From: Raja brachyura
Lineage: Eukaryota
DNA length: 64,000 bases
Assembly (NCBI GenBank): GCA_963514005.1
Contig: OY740807.1
Location: forward strand, 14,136,001-14,200,000
Direction: 5' to 3'
The notes beneath the pieces are model-generated. The model was given only the letters and a program-made list of their open reading frames with translations, was not told where the DNA came from and ran no database searches. This document shows, one piece after another, positions 1 through 13,005 of this stretch. Position 1 is the stretch's first letter, and each line of letters opens with the position of its first letter. A program made the translations under genes and the position numbers.

Positions 1-324
1 ATGATTGGCTTTTTGTATTTTCGAAAGAATTCCCTTGTTCACTCGGCGCTAGTGAAACGTGGGATTGTTTTATATTAAAAAAAATAAAACTAATCTCCTT
101 GCCCCACCTTGTTCTTTGATGTTTTAATGCCATTCTTGGTTCATTGTGTATTAGATGTACAACCGGGCAAACTTTTCAACGTTACTGAGAGAACATTGTT
201 TCCCTCCCCATGTCCTTCAGACCACTCCTATGTTAACAATATAATTCTTGATTATGTTTTTATTTACTATTCTCGTTCTTATTTTCCCATTACTTTGTTC
301 TGAATTGACAGGTAAGAGTTTGTT

Positions 325-390
325 TCGACATAATGTTCAGCACAGACATTGTGGGCTGAAGGCCCTATTCCTGTGCTACACTGTTCTATT
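325..390 (+). mobile_element. CR1/HER1-type LINE 3' tail fragment
   Basis: cacagacattgtgggctgaaggccctattcctgtgctacactgttcta matches the LINE tails at 12150-12200 and 18575-18635. Confidence 0.6.
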
Positions 391-1054
391 TTTGAATTGA
401 ACCACCTCAGTTTGCATCTCCAGGGTTATTTTGTTGCCTTTGGATGCTTTCATTGAACAAGTGCTGATTTGCACCCCAGGTTCTTCCATTGTCACCCTGG
501 CTCTGGCTAGTTTCTGGCATTAATTACGTAACCACTATTTATGGTTCTGTAATAGTGAGAAATGGCAATGTTTAACTTGTAGCTACTGGTTGTAGGATAT
601 GGGCTAAAATCAATTCCTGTACCTGAGTAGGAGGTATTGGTGAGAACAATCATGAAAAATTGCTTCCATTTTTTGCCATTTTGGGTTTCTGAGAGTCACT
701 CAGCAGATTCCCAGATTGGGCCCTTGTGTGGGGAATCAAGAGCACAGATCCAAGTTCCACTAGGGCATTACATATTAATACACCAAAGAACTATCTGCTC
801 ACTTTAATATCAATTCCCTACCATTTATTATCTCTGCTGCCAATTTTAAAATAGGTTAATTGGAACCAAAGTCGTCCATACAATGGAAATTTGACAACTA
901 CCGCAGGAGCTCCATGATATTCCTTCGTTCACTTCTCTTGAGGCTGGTGATTATGAATAAATGTTGTTACCGGTTGGGAGATATCATGAGAATAGAACAG
1001 CTAGTCTGAACTGCCATCAGTCTACCCCTTTACTATTCGTTGTTCAGATGTAGG

Positions 1055-1330
1055 CAATGGCATCAGAGCCACGTTTATTGCCAAGATCTAGCTTCTCAGA
1101 CAAGGTGATAATGGGTCTTCTGCGGGAATCATGTCGCTTCTCGTGGTGTTGCTGCTCCCACTACGCAATTTGGCGACAGTTACAGCAAAACGACTCAGTG
1201 AAGATTCATTTCATTAGGTGTTTGAAATTCAGGATGCTATATAACTCAAGGGTTCCTGTGCTGCTTTAGTTAATATTGGCAACTGATTTTGCAGAAGAGG
1301 GAGGAGGTCCTTATCTTGGTGAGTGCATCT
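1055..1330 (-). mobile_element. Highly decayed non-LTR retrotransposon 3' end
   Basis: Reverse complement resembles the 3' end of the LINE at 11500-11645 (caccttctcaagg...gggcaataaa). Confidence 0.4.
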
Positions 1331-1754
1331 TTAGATTATACATCCACAGTGAGTTAGGGTGCAAGTTCAAGCTAACAGCTTTGATCAAGCTTCATGAGTC
1401 CCAAGTGAATTAAGAGATTTGCAATCACATCTGACAGTGGCTCAGACTGGCTTCTTAACCCTTAACCCAGCATTTAAGATTTCAATCAGAACAATGGATG
1501 TTGGAAGTAGCACAACTATATTTTTTGTTTTATGGGAAAGCAAATACCTGCACCAAAAGCATCCCGATATTGAAGGGTGCTCTGTGTCTGAGTCAAGGGA
1601 CAAAGGGATATTGAGAAATTAAGTGAATGGATAAAACTATATTCAATTTATGTTGGGCAGGCTGGATTTTTGGATCCAGCAAATCAAATAAAATTTTGGA
1701 TCTAAGACTTAAAAAAGGAGTATAAGTGGTGAGAACAAGGAACTGTAAGTGAAT

Positions 1755-2100
1755 AAGGATGTTTGGTATACATGTACATAAATCATCTAAAATTAGCAGA
1801 CATGTACAAAGAGCATTCAAACAGCCCAAAGGAATTGTGAGTGGACCAGCTACAAAGGAAGGATGTGGTGTTTCAGATGTACAGAGCCTTGGCCAGACTA
1901 CAGCAGTAATGCCCATGGCACCTAAGGAAGGATATATTGGCCTCAAAAGACTATCAGCCTTGATTCAACAGAATAATACTGGACCTTAGAGGATAATTTA
2001 CTGAAGCCAAGTTGCTTAAACTTGACATATTCATTGAGGGAGACTGAGTGATGATTTGATTGAGGTGTTCAAAATGTTGAAAGGTTTTAGAGGGTAAAAT
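1755..2100 (+). mobile_element. Decayed CR1 LINE, RT C-terminal region
   Basis: ORF 1759 GIHVHKSSKISRHVQRAFKQPKGIV resembles CR1 [22 protein letters not shown]; followed by gatttgattgaggtgttcaaaatg (DLIEVFKM). Confidence 0.65.
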
Positions 2101-2189
2101 CAGACCCATACATGATCTGCATGTGAGTACTTACCGAAGTCTTCCTGTGCATTTTCTACTTATTTGTATCAGCATGTATGCACATGTGC

Positions 2190-2635
2190 ATAGACCATAA
2201 GACATAGGAGCAGAATTCAGTCCATTCAGTCCATCAAGTCTGCTCCACCATTTGACCATGATTGATCTATTTTTATCCGCTCATCCCCATTCTCCTGCTT
2301 TCTCCCTGTAACCTTTGACACCCTTACTAATTAAGAACCTATCAATCTCCGTTTTAAAAATACCCAATGTCTTGGCCTCGACAGCCCCTGGTGGTAATGA
2401 ATTCCACAGATTCACTACCCTCTGGCCAAAGAAATTCCTCCTCATCTCCATTCTGTAGGTGTACATCATTTTATTCTGAGGTTGTGTCCTCTAGTTTTAG
2501 ACTCTCCCACAACTAGGTAGTTAGGTTTAGCTCTTAGGGCTAAAGGAATCAGGGGATATGGGGAAAAAGCAGGAACAAGGTCTATGTTTCTATGTTTCTA
2601 CTGGAAACATTCTCTCCACATCTATTCTATCTAGA
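2190..2635 (-). mobile_element. CR1 LINE 3' end, split by a + strand insert at 2520-2600
   Basis: ORF 2281-2469 EMRRNFFGQRVVNLWNSLP...IFKTEIDRFL is the CR1 ORF2 C-terminus; homology resumes at 2601 (ctggaaacattctctccaca). Confidence 0.85.
2520..2600 (+). mobile_element. Short CR1 3' fragment with (TTTCTATG)n tail, nested in the opposite-strand LINE
   Basis: ggctaaaggaatcaggggatatgggg...tctatgtttctatgtttcta; same family as 25123-25428. Confidence 0.75.
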
Positions 2636-2689
2636 CCTGTGGGGTGAGTCAGACCTGCTTCTTAAGCTGGGTCGGGGCACCAACACTTC

Positions 2690-3960
2690 TTTCAATCTTG
2701 CTCACTGCACTGCTGACTTCTGCACCTCACAAATGAGAGGCAATTCAGCCTGCCACAGTTCCACTTCAGACTCCAGTCACCCAGCTTCAAGCACTGAGCA
2801 CCAGGCTGCACACGATGCTTACGCCAGTGGGAATTGATCTCCAAATCATCTTTGAATTCTTCACTGAAGATATAAGAGATTGAACCTTATAGTAAATGTT
2901 TGCAAAACACAGTTATTCTCCCTCCGTTCATGCCCCCCCTCCCCCATTCTACAACCTGGATCTCTGGCAATAATGGTCCATGATTAGTATAGCCTTTGGC
3001 CATCTGAGGAAAAGATAATTGAAGTTCGAGACCTCAAATCTGGCCAAAAGCCCTTGTGCCCCCTTCCCTCCTGTGTGCCTCTGTGACATGGGCTAATACA
3101 GCAAGTACCTCAGAGTATAGGAGGGGTACCATCAGTGCTGTCTCCGCAAAAATCCTCCAACTCCTAAATCAGAATCCTTACCCAGGCAAACACCTCAGTG
3201 GGGGAGCTGGTAGAGCTGCTGCCGGACAGTGCTAGGGACCCAGGTTTGTTACTGACCTCAGGTGCTGACAATGTGGAATTTTCACGTTCTCTCTGTGACT
3301 GTGGGTTTCCTCCAAATGCTCCAGTTTCCTCCCACCTCCCAAAGATATGCAGGTTTATAGGTTAATTGGCCTCTGTAAATTGCCCTCAGTGTGTAGGGTG
3401 TGGATGAGAAAGTGGGATGACATGGTACTAGTGTGAATGGGTGATCGATGATTGGCATGGACTCGGTGGGACAAAGGGCCTGTTTCCATGTTGCATCTTT
3501 CAATCAAAATCTCCAGCACCAAAGTTTCAATAACACATGTCAGCTCCATCGGGCAGGCCATATCATCGCATGGCCCGGTTCCAGACCCCTGAATCAGGCA
3601 TTACTCCGAGAAGCATACTGTCTAAAGATTGCCAGTCCAGGAACATGAAGGAAAAGATTCATAGATGTTCTGAACGCCTTCTTGAAAAGAATGCGACATT
3701 TCCACTAACTCCTTGTAATCCCTGACATATGACCACTCAACCCGGAAAAGGAAGATGCCTGGGACGAGAATGTGCATCTTGAGTCTATTCATCAGGAACA
3801 CACAAAACCCAGTGAGAATGGTGGAAGACGTGCACTGCCTCCCTGTGACAGTGGGGGATCCAACAAGATATTAAGAAAATTGATGTGTTAGTGATCGAGC
3901 ACTTGTGAGTTCATGGTGCATTTTGCAGGATTGCTTCATGCTTGGTGCAATTCCACTCCT
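2690..3960 (+). mobile_element. Decayed RTE-clade LINE ORF2, interrupted by a SINE
   Basis: Remnant translations QLHRAGHIIAWPGSRPLNQAL (compare RTE QLRWAGHI.RMPD.RLPKQ) and taccatcagtgctgtctccgcaaaaatcctc (compare YHQRCLRKIL). Confidence 0.7.
3195..3507 (+). mobile_element. HE1-type tRNA-derived V-SINE
   Basis: tRNA-like head, V-core (gtgggtttcctcc...gctccagtttcctcccac..cccaaaga) and LINE-like tail gggcctgtttccatg. Confidence 0.9.
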
Positions 3961-4029
3961 AGTGAATTGCTGGCACTTACCCAACATATGACAGGGGTGG
4001 CGCGGTGGAGCATCTCAAAGATGTCCGGA

Positions 4030-4265
4030 TTTATAGGTTAATTGGCCTCTGTAATTTAGCTGGTTTCCTCCGGTGCTCTGGTTTCCTTCCACATCCCAAA
4101 GATGTGGGTTTGTAGGTTAATTGTCCTCTGTAAAAAAGTGCCTCTAACGTGTAGGGAGTGGATGTGAAGGTGGGATAACATAAAACTAATGTGAATGGGT
4201 GATTGATGGTTAGAGTGGACCCTGTAGGCTGGAGGGCCTGTTTCCATGCTGTATCTCTAAACTCA
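4030..4265 (+). mobile_element. 5'-truncated, internally rearranged HE1-type SINE
   Basis: taggttaattg(g/t)cctctgtaa occurs twice (about 4033 and 4112); tail gggcctgtttccatgctgtatctctaaact. Confidence 0.85.
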
Positions 4266-4460
4266 ATTTCGAAGCAATTTCCTCCAGTGAGGAAGAGAAC
4301 AAGAACAAGGAGAAATAAAGTTGACCCCAGCCTTCTGGGAGCGGGATGTGGGAAGAATTTCTCCATTCAAAAGTGTTATGCAAATCTAATCTCTCTAATC
4401 AAAACACTTTCTCTGGAGAAAAGGAATAGGTGACCTTTCTTCAAACTTTCCCCTGACTCT

Positions 4461-4550
4461 CAGTCTGAAGAAGGGGCTCGACCCGAGACGTCACCTATTC
4501 CTTTTCTCCAGAGATGCTGTCTGACCTGCTGAGTTACTCCAGCTTTTTGT
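4461..4550 (+). mobile_element. Penelope-like pLTR fragment with mutated hammerhead motif
   Basis: cagtctgaagaaggggctcgacccgagacgtcacc; core GAAA changed to GAGA. Confidence 0.8.
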
Positions 4551-4644
4551 GAATTACTTTTGTTCGGTCTGGATGGGAAAGGAAGTGAATTTACTCCATG
4601 TGAATGAAGGCAAGGTACAGGGAACCTGATCTGAATTAATGGCA

Positions 4645-4830
4645 GACACATGGAACTACAGATGCTGGAACATGAGCAAAACACAAAGTGCTGGAGGAAC
4701 TCAGCGGGTCAGGCAATATCTATGGAGTAATCAGTCTGAAGAAGTGTCCAGACACAAAAAGTAATCCACCTATTCCCTCCACACTTGCTGCCCGACCCCT
4801 AAATTCCTCCAGGCTTTGTATTTAGATCCA
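4645..4830. mobile_element. Inverted pair of Penelope-like pLTR fragments
   Basis: Minus arm 4645-4727 (acacaaagtgctggaggaactcagcgggtcaggca) followed by plus arm from 4731 (tcagtctgaagaag...). Confidence 0.75.
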
Positions 4831-5840
4831 TGGTAAAATGGGCTCAAGAGGTCCCGGTGTAGCTGTGCTGGTTCAGGCCAGCCTACGATGGCGTACACTG
4901 TCTGGACCACTGCACTTAGAATCCAACAGAATTAGCTTTGGCAATGAAACAGTGACAACTTTTTTTGTTTTTGTGTCAGAATTTAATCTGGCCTTTGGCT
5001 TTTGAAGATTGTGATCTCAATTCTAATGAAGCAACCACTGTGCAACAAAGTTTGTATCATTTCTATCACGATCTTATAATGGTGATTGCTTGCTCTTCAG
5101 TCCACAATGCTAACATTATTAATCCCGTTGAATTTTTACACACATGTCTGGTCCTTCCGCTGTTTTGTTAACTGACGAGGGAACAATCTAATTTTCTCGA
5201 TTTTCTTTCAGTTTGTTCATCTAACCCGCCTTTTATCCTTCTGAAGGTTTGCCCTGATCCTCATTCATCTCCTGGACACTTTAACAGTGAACAGTAAATC
5301 TTATTAACAAACTGTGAAGGGGCAGACATGTCTGCTGTTATCAGTGAGCGGTGTTTATTTGTCTTATGTATCATTGAAAATGTAGCACTGATTCCTCTTC
5401 ATGATGAACACTGAGACTTTTTAAGTTATCTATTTCATGGTTTTTAATGGTTACGTGATAACTTGAGAGACAAATGTGTTTTCTGTCCTTTGAGGATGAA
5501 TTTTCCACTGAGGTAAACAAATCTAATTAAATCAGCAAGCCTTTCGCACTTACATTTTTCATACTCTGTACCTTGTTTATATAATTCAACCAAGTATTAT
5601 TGTGGAATGGAATGGGATTTGTCCATGTATCACTGATATTTCTGCAAAACTGACTTATTGGAGAGATGTCATAAAGTAATCAAAAAGTTGTTTGACAGGA
5701 CTGCTTCATGCAATCCAGGAAACAGGAAACAGGAAATAGATTTGTGAAGAGGATTGGATGAAGGCTGAAATTGTCCAAAAGAAAAGTAGGGTTTTTTTAA
5801 CGTAGAAAATTAATCATTTCCAGCCTTCGCTTTGTTTAAG

Positions 5841-5935
5841 AGAAGACACAAAGTGCTGGACTAACTCAGCGGGTCAGGCAGCATTTCTTGAGAAGATGGA
5901 TAGATGACGTCTCAGGTCGAGACTCTACTTCAGAC
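5841..5935 (-). mobile_element. Penelope-like pLTR fragment, degenerate hammerhead
   Basis: gacacaaagtgctggactaactcagcgggtcaggcagca...gacgtctcaggtcgagactctacttcagac. Confidence 0.8.
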
Positions 5936-6449
5936 ACTTCACATTATATATAGGTATTGGTATTAGTTTATTATTGTCACGTGTACCAAGTGTGGGTGAG
6001 TCATGCAAGCAGGTAAGCAGCGACTCCTGAATATTCACATTTTAGAGATTCATCTGTGCTCATCCTGCACTGTGATATACAGGTGGACTCTCTCTCTCTT
6101 CCGATACTGTGAATTGTTCTGTAGCTTTTAGCCTACAGCGTTTTGCAGAAATTCCCATTTTATTATAAAAATTCAAAGTTCTCAAAGTTCCTCATGTGAG
6201 TGTCATTGGAAAATAACTGACCTTGAGGGACATTTTAGGTGAAATAGGGATCATCATCATCGTCGTCGCCGCCCCCCCCTGCAACAATCATCCAAAATGC
6301 ATCCTTCTGTAAAAATATATTCATGCCTATTTATCTATGATTCACAATAATACTTGGCTGAATTACATAAACAATGTACAGAGTATGAAACAACTTGTTT
6401 AAATCAAACTTTTTGTACAGGCTTTAAGTTTGCAGTATAACTAACTGTT

Positions 6450-6625
6450 GATACATGCAGGGTGGTAGGTTTATTGACAGCTGTAAATTGCTCGGCTGTT
6501 TGAATGAATTATAGCATGTGGGGGAGTTCATGGGAATTGAGAAGAATAAAGTGGGATTGAGTGCGGGATTAGTTATAGGAATGTCCGGAAATGTTGGGCT
6601 GAAGGGCCTGTTTCCATGTTGTCTG
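6450..6625 (+). mobile_element. Decayed SINE 3' half
   Basis: gtaggtttattgacagctgtaaattgc...gggctgaagggcctgtttccatg tail. Confidence 0.55.
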
Positions 6626-7063
6626 CTGTCTGTCTGCATTACGATAAAAGGTGCATTTCCATAGTGCTGCTTTGCATAACCCCATTTACAATAGTTGTGG
6701 AATGACAATCAACTGCAGGGTAATCTGGTTCAATTGTGAAAGGAAGAACGATGAAATATTAATAGCTATTCTTTACCTTTTCACTGCATGGATCATAAAT
6801 AGTGAGCAAAATTGAGTGTGAGTAAAGGAAATGAGAGTGTACATTTGGTTTGTGTTAAGCTGGCAGGTTGTTTGCATCAAAATCATGTTCACATTTCAAT
6901 ATCAACCTAATAACAGCAACTGACACAAAATATTAATATCTCCATAATATTTTCAGCAATGTCTGGCCTGCCTTTGAATCCAGTTATAGTGGTGAGTTTT
7001 TTGAAAAGTTACAGAGTAAAATGCCAGTTGTTTATAAATGCCGGTGGAGCTCAAAGTTTCCAC

Positions 7064-7392
7064 TTAGTTTAGTTTAAAGATACAGCGTGGAAATAGGTCC
7101 TTCAGCCCATTGAGTCCATGTTGACCATCAATCACCTGTTCGCACTAGTTCTATGTTATCCCACTTTGGTATCCATTCCCTGCACCCTCGAGGCAATTTA
7201 CAGAGGCCAATTAATCTACAAACCCGCATGTCTTTGGGATGTGAGAGGAAATTGGAGCAACCAAAGGAAACACACACAGTCAAACAGGGAGAACGTGCAA
7301 ACTCCACAGAGACAGCACCAAAATTCAGGATCGAACCAGGATCTCTGGCGCTATGAAGCAGCAACTCTAACAGCTGTGTCTCTGTGCCGCCC
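7064..7392 (-). mobile_element. HE1-type V-SINE, near full length
   Basis: Reverse complement matches 3195-3507; B-box-like ggttcgatcc on the minus strand; (TAAAC)n tail. Confidence 0.9.
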
Positions 7393-8254
7393 TAACTTAA
7401 ACCTAGGGCATTTTACCCTAATTTTGGGTAAAATGCCCTTCAGTTTGATCGGTAAATGTACTTTAATGTATGAAGCTTTATGAAACTTATTAAGAGACAT
7501 GAAAATACATTATTCTTGGACTGCATATTTCTTATTATATCATTTTTAGGTTAACCAAGCTTAAGAACTTCCTTCTTTTTTGTGTGAGCTCTTGATTAGA
7601 GTTGAGAGAGTATGACTCAGAGAAAGATGTGTTATGTGACAGGAGATATTGGTCTTGAAGCATGTGGTATCCTGAAAACATGGAGAGGAACCACATAAAT
7701 ATATGTATTTCTTTCCCCTTATAACAGTTTATGTAACATATTTTTGACAGAACTCCACACATTTGATATCATACATGGAGATCTGAGGGAAATGACCATT
7801 GATTTTAATTTGTCTATACTAAAAAAATGTAAAATTATGGAACAACTCAGCAGGCCGACAGCATATGTGGAGTGGTGAATAGATAATGGTTTCAGATCAA
7901 TGGCCTTTCATTTTATGATAATTCAACATAATTATGCTACTTTAACACAGACAACTGATCTCCCAGAATCTGGAGACAACATAAATTACCTCCCAAATGC
8001 TAACACAAAGGGCCACTCCACTTGAATTGGTCAAAGGAGTCTACTGAAGGTTGTGAAAAAAACCCTTTTGTTTTACCTCTGAAGTGGCATAATTGAATTG
8101 AACATGCTACAAAACTTGCTGTGATTCAGGTAAATGGAAAATACACTACACTTCACACTGCCACCGGATAGCAACTAACATAATCACTGGCTTTTCCCAC
8201 CCAAGTCATTCTTTCTTCTCGCTTCTCCCATTGAAAACTATCACGATAGTAATG

Positions 8255-8420
8255 CTCGCCCTATCAGAGATATTCCTTTTGACCAATCTATATCTTCCCC
8301 ATCCTTTCTGCAACTTAAAAGTCATTTATTTAATTCTGATAAAGAGTTTTCAACCTCAAATGTTAACTCTGTTCCTCCCTCTGTAGATGTTGCCCAACTT
8401 GCTGAGTGTTTGCAGCAAAT
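8255..8420 (+). mobile_element. Older Penelope-like pLTR relic
   Basis: ttctgataaagagttttcaacctcaaatgttaactctgttcctccctctgtagatgttgcc...gctgagtgtttgcagca. Confidence 0.55.
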
Positions 8421-8489
8421 TAGAATATATTCCACGGTGACATCAATCAAATTTGGCCACACTCCATGAAGGATGTTTCGCATCTGAAG

Positions 8490-8725
8490 AATCTTGAACG
8501 AGGAGACACAGATTCATAACAAGGGAGACTTTGTAGCACTGAAATGAGAGGTTTCATCATTCAGAGAGTGGTGAACCTTTGGACTTCTCCGCAGAGACAG
8601 TCATTGATTGCATACAAAACAGTGAACAATAGATTTCTGATTGTTAAAGGAATCGAGAGACGTGGAGACTGCGCAGGAAAATAGGGTCCAGGATAGAAGA
8701 TCAGCCTGACCTTTTTGAACATGAA
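8490..8725 (+). mobile_element. Decayed CR1 LINE 3' end
   Basis: cagagagtggtgaacctttgg (QRVVNLW) and gatcagcc..ga 3' UTR motif. Confidence 0.7.
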
Positions 8726-8739
8726 ATAACCACAAGGGA

Positions 8740-9018
8740 CAGGAACCATGGTCACCACATTCAAGAATAGCCTCTTCCCAGCAAGTATCAGGCTCTTGAA
8801 AACAACGCAACATGAACCTCAACTATCAGCTTCGATGGACTGTGCCTTTGGTTGTACTATAGAGTTTGTTTTTGCACTAGTATGGCTATTGAGTATTCCA
8901 GTTTTTGCTTTATTGAATTTTATTGATCATGATTTTTTTTTATCTCTGGGTATTGCAGTTACGGTTCTGTTAAGCTTCTGCAAGTACGAATTTCACTGTT
9001 CCATTATCGGTACAAATG
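8740..9018 (+). mobile_element. Rex1/Babar-like LINE 3' end
   Basis: ORF 8748 begins TTFKNSLFPASIRLL (compare T.RFKNSFFP.AIRLLN), followed by a T-rich 3' UTR. Confidence 0.7.
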
Positions 9019-10270
9019 TAGTGGCCATTTGGCCTGTTTTGCGTGTCATTGTGAATGGCATGTGACTTTAAATTTTAGACTGCCCGTTACAATGCGGGTG
9101 GGATTTATGACGTGTTTTTGGGCGTGTTTGCAGCTTAACTGCTTGCGCAAAAGTTTAGTTTTTAGATTATTTTGGACGGATGATGGAGAAGGTCAATCCT
9201 TCGACCACGTCATTGTCACGGAGACACGAGGAGCTTTCTGATATCTAAAGTAATAAGCTGGAGTTCGAAGAAGATGGCCGTAACAAGTCGGGAAAACCTT
9301 GGATGTATCTTACTGTTTTCGACTGACAATAAAGTAAATATTCATCAAAAGACTGTGTGTTGGAGTTTTATCAATGAAGAAGCTCTGAAGGTCTCTGAGG
9401 CAGCTTGCATGTGTATTGAAGATATTCCCCTTATCAATTCTCATCCAATTAGCGGCTAGGGTGCTAATTACCAGAAAGATCTGAAAACTCTGCCGCTCCA
9501 GACAATTAAACATTCTTGACACATTAACTGAGAAAGTGCGCAGGGCAATGGGTGGAAGGAACTAAAGGAATATCAGTAATTCAATGAAATGATGGCCACC
9601 CATTGAATGGACAGTTAGCTCCTTTGTGCAATGTGTTGCTTGTATTGTGAAGTCTGGGTTATGTTGTACAGTCTGCTCCATAGGGATGTTCACAGCAGAC
9701 CACATTATACAAATGGAAGGAGGGGGGTATCCTTCAGCCTAATCCATATACCCACCACCCAGAGGTTTGGGTTACATAAATCTATCTCGCTGTGCTGGTG
9801 ATCTTGCATTCTAAACTAATCCATTGAATGAGAAAAGATAATATTTGTAAAGACTTATAGTTTCGAGATTGCAGAATTAAAGAATCACACAAGGGGACCT
9901 TTAAGCGATACCTGTGCCAGCTCCTTGAAAGAATTATCCATTTAATCCCACATGCCTGTTCTCTGCCTACAGTGCAGCTAACGTTCTCACTTTAGAATAT
10001 TTATCCATTTTCCTCATGAATATTAATTAAATCAACACCCATCACCCTCTCTAATGATGCATTCAGATACGAACTTCCCACATAAAACAACATATTCCTC
10101 AAGTCACCATTGGGTTTTATTCTTGGAGATTAATTTAAACAAACTAGCAGCAAAATTGTACATCTAACAGAATCCCAAAGCAGCAGAAAAATAATGCATG
10201 TTGTTCCATGAAACATTCTAAATCAATTTGTAGGGATTGTCTGGCTAATCCCACTTGCACAATAAACCTA

Positions 10271-10459
<189 letters not shown>

Positions 10460-10539
10460 TCAAGTAATAGAATGGCTGATAAAATCTCATTGGCAGTATC
10501 TTTGGATTAGTTGTTCACCGATGGTTGTACAATACTCAA

Positions 10540-11645
10540 TTGCTCCTCAGAAATACTCAGCAAGATCTGGACAATATTCAGACAAAGGCTGATAAGTGTC
10601 AAGGGACATTCATACCACATTCATGCCAAGCAATGCCATTGAGGATATGGCTCTTGCCATTGAGCAAAGAGCCAAACCGCTTATATATTCAATATTTAAT
10701 GGTATAACCACTCTATATTCCCCAATCTTGGGAGTCACCATTCACTAGATACTCAGTGAGATCTGCCATCGGAATACTGTGGCTGTAGATCAGCAGTTGG
10801 GTATCATGGGATAAATACAGTGGTGGCAGAGGGGATCAGCTGGTACGGTTGCTGCCTCACAGTGCCAGAGACCTTAATTTGATCTTGATCTCAGGTGCGG
10901 TCTGTGTAGAGTTTGCAGATTCTACCTCCGACTGCATGGGTTTTCACCCGGCGCTCTGATTTCCTCACACATCCCAAAGACGTGCAGGTTTGTAAATTAA
11001 TTGGCCTCTGTTAATTGCTTCTATTGTGTAAGTAGTAGATGCTAAAGTGGGAGAAGATAGAACTGGTGCAAACAGGTGATCGATGGTCGGCGAGGACTCA
11101 CTGGGCCAAAGGGCCTGTATCCATGCTGTATTTTTCAATCAATCAATCAAAACTAAATCACACCCTGGCACCACAAAGATTTTCTGATATCTTTGAAGCA
11201 CAAGTCAGGACGATGATGGGATACTTTCCAAGTGCCTGGTTGAGTGCAGTTTCAGAAACTCTCAAAAACTTAAGAATATTCAAGACAAAGTAGCAGACTT
11301 GATTGGCACCATCCATCATGACCACACTGTGGCTGCAATGCGGTGCCATCTACAAAATGCACTGGAATTCCTTCCTGATATTATTCCAACTGCACCTTCT
11401 TAACTCATGGCCACTGCCATCAAGTAGGACATGGGCAACAGGTGCATTGGAACCTCACCACCAGCAAGTTCTCCTCCAATTCACACTATGGTGATTTGGA
11501 GGTATAGCATTAGTCCTCCTTTGTTGCTGGGTCTAAATCATTGAACTCCTTCTCAATGGTTTTGTGGGAATGTCTTCGCCAGTTCAAACATTCAACAGAG
11601 GGACCACCACCTTCTCAAGGATCATTAGGGATGGGCAAATGATAG
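10540..11645 (+). mobile_element. Decayed non-LTR (CR1/L2-like) RT C-terminus and 3' end, interrupted by a SINE
   Basis: QQDLDNIQTKADKCQGTFIPHSCQAM and IFEAQVRTMMGYFPSAWLS remnants. Confidence 0.7.
10822..11150 (+). mobile_element. HE1-type V-SINE
   Basis: Head gttgctgcctcacagtgccagagacc, V-core and (TCAA)n tail. Confidence 0.9.
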
Positions 11646-11874
11646 CCACGGTGTGAATAATGATTACATTTTACAAAAATAGAAAGTAGATTTCTAATTG
11701 ATAAATTATAATTTATCAATAACAATAGAGGATTCCTGGGGAAATTAGATCAACTCCAGAGCAGAAAATTACGAATAAACGCCTTTTCTAGTTTGATGCC
11801 CAATGGACCAAAGACTTTCAAGACTTTGGCTCTTTGAAGAAGTTAATTTTACTCCTTGTTCTTGATACTTATTA

Positions 11875-12200
11875 AAGGATAGACAGTCAGAACCTATTTC
11901 CCAAGGTGGAAATGTCAAGGACTAGAGGTTATAGCTTTAAGGTGAGAGGGGCAAAGTTAAAGGAGATATGTGGGCCATGTGTGTTTTACACAGATAATGC
12001 TGGGTGCCTGAAACGTGCTACCAGGGGTGGTGGTGGTGGTAGATATGATAGGAGCATGTAAGCGGCTTTTAGATGGGCACATGGATATACAAGGAATGGG
12101 GTGTTTATGGATCTCATGCAGGCAGAGGAATCTTGTTGTCATGTTTGGCCCAGACATTTTGAGCTGAAGGACTTGTTCCTGTGCTGTACTTTTCTATGTT
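11875..12200 (+). mobile_element. CR1 LINE 3' end
   Basis: ggactagaggttatagctttaaggtgagagggg...gttcctgtgctgtactttctatgtt. Confidence 0.85.
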
Positions 12201-12299
12201 GGTTTTGGGAATGAAAAATTGTGGCAAAGATTTAACCTGAGACTGCAACAATAGACATATAAAGGGGAATTAAGGTACAGCACATCCACGGTCTAATTG

Positions 12300-13005
12300 A
12301 AGGAGGAAGGGGGGGAGGGGGGGGGGGAGGGGGAGAGTTGTAGTTAGTTATCTAAACTTGGAAAATTCAATGTTGATACAATTTTTGCCGAACAATCACA
12401 ATTAATCCGTCAAGGCCTGTTGGATCCCCCAGATGCCAACTATTTTAACTCCCAATTCCAATATCGTCCATTCTTTCTTGGGACTGCTCCATTGTAAGGG
12501 TTAGGTTACATACAAACTGAAGGCACAACACCTCATATTCAGCTTGGGTGGCTTACAACTTAGCAGTATGATATTGAATTCTCCAATTTGTGGTAACTGA
12601 GCTACGATTTCCCACTCCCCCCAATGCTCCCTCCACCCTCCGCACCCCCCCCCCCCCTCCTCCCCCCCGCTCTCTCTTCCCGGTGCTACACCAGGACTTG
12701 CACCCATTTATCTCCACCCATTTATATTTCTTCCTCTGGCTACACAATTTGTACATCTTCTATCCTTATCTCACACGTTTTATCTTTTCATCTGTGGCCT
12801 TTGTACAACCATCTGCCTGTCAACTCCTCACTTGTATCCACCTATCACTCACCAGGCTTTTCCTGCCTCCCCTCTCTTCCAGTTTTTTCCCCTTCCCACC
12901 ATTCCCCTACCCACCGTTCCAACCCAAAACATCACCTATTGATGTTCTCCAGAGATGCTGCCTGATTCTCCGAGTTACTCTAGAATGGTTGTGTCTTTTC
13001 TTGTG
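12300..13005 (+). mobile_element. Penelope-like element 3' end (decayed GIY-YIG C-terminus plus pLTR) with an inverted 5' segment
   Basis: Remnants of FAEH..IRQGL, HFNS, KLEEQHLIF.LG.LQP.G and IEFSNF; 12300-12380 is an inverted copy of the stop-codon and C-rich region. Confidence 0.75.
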
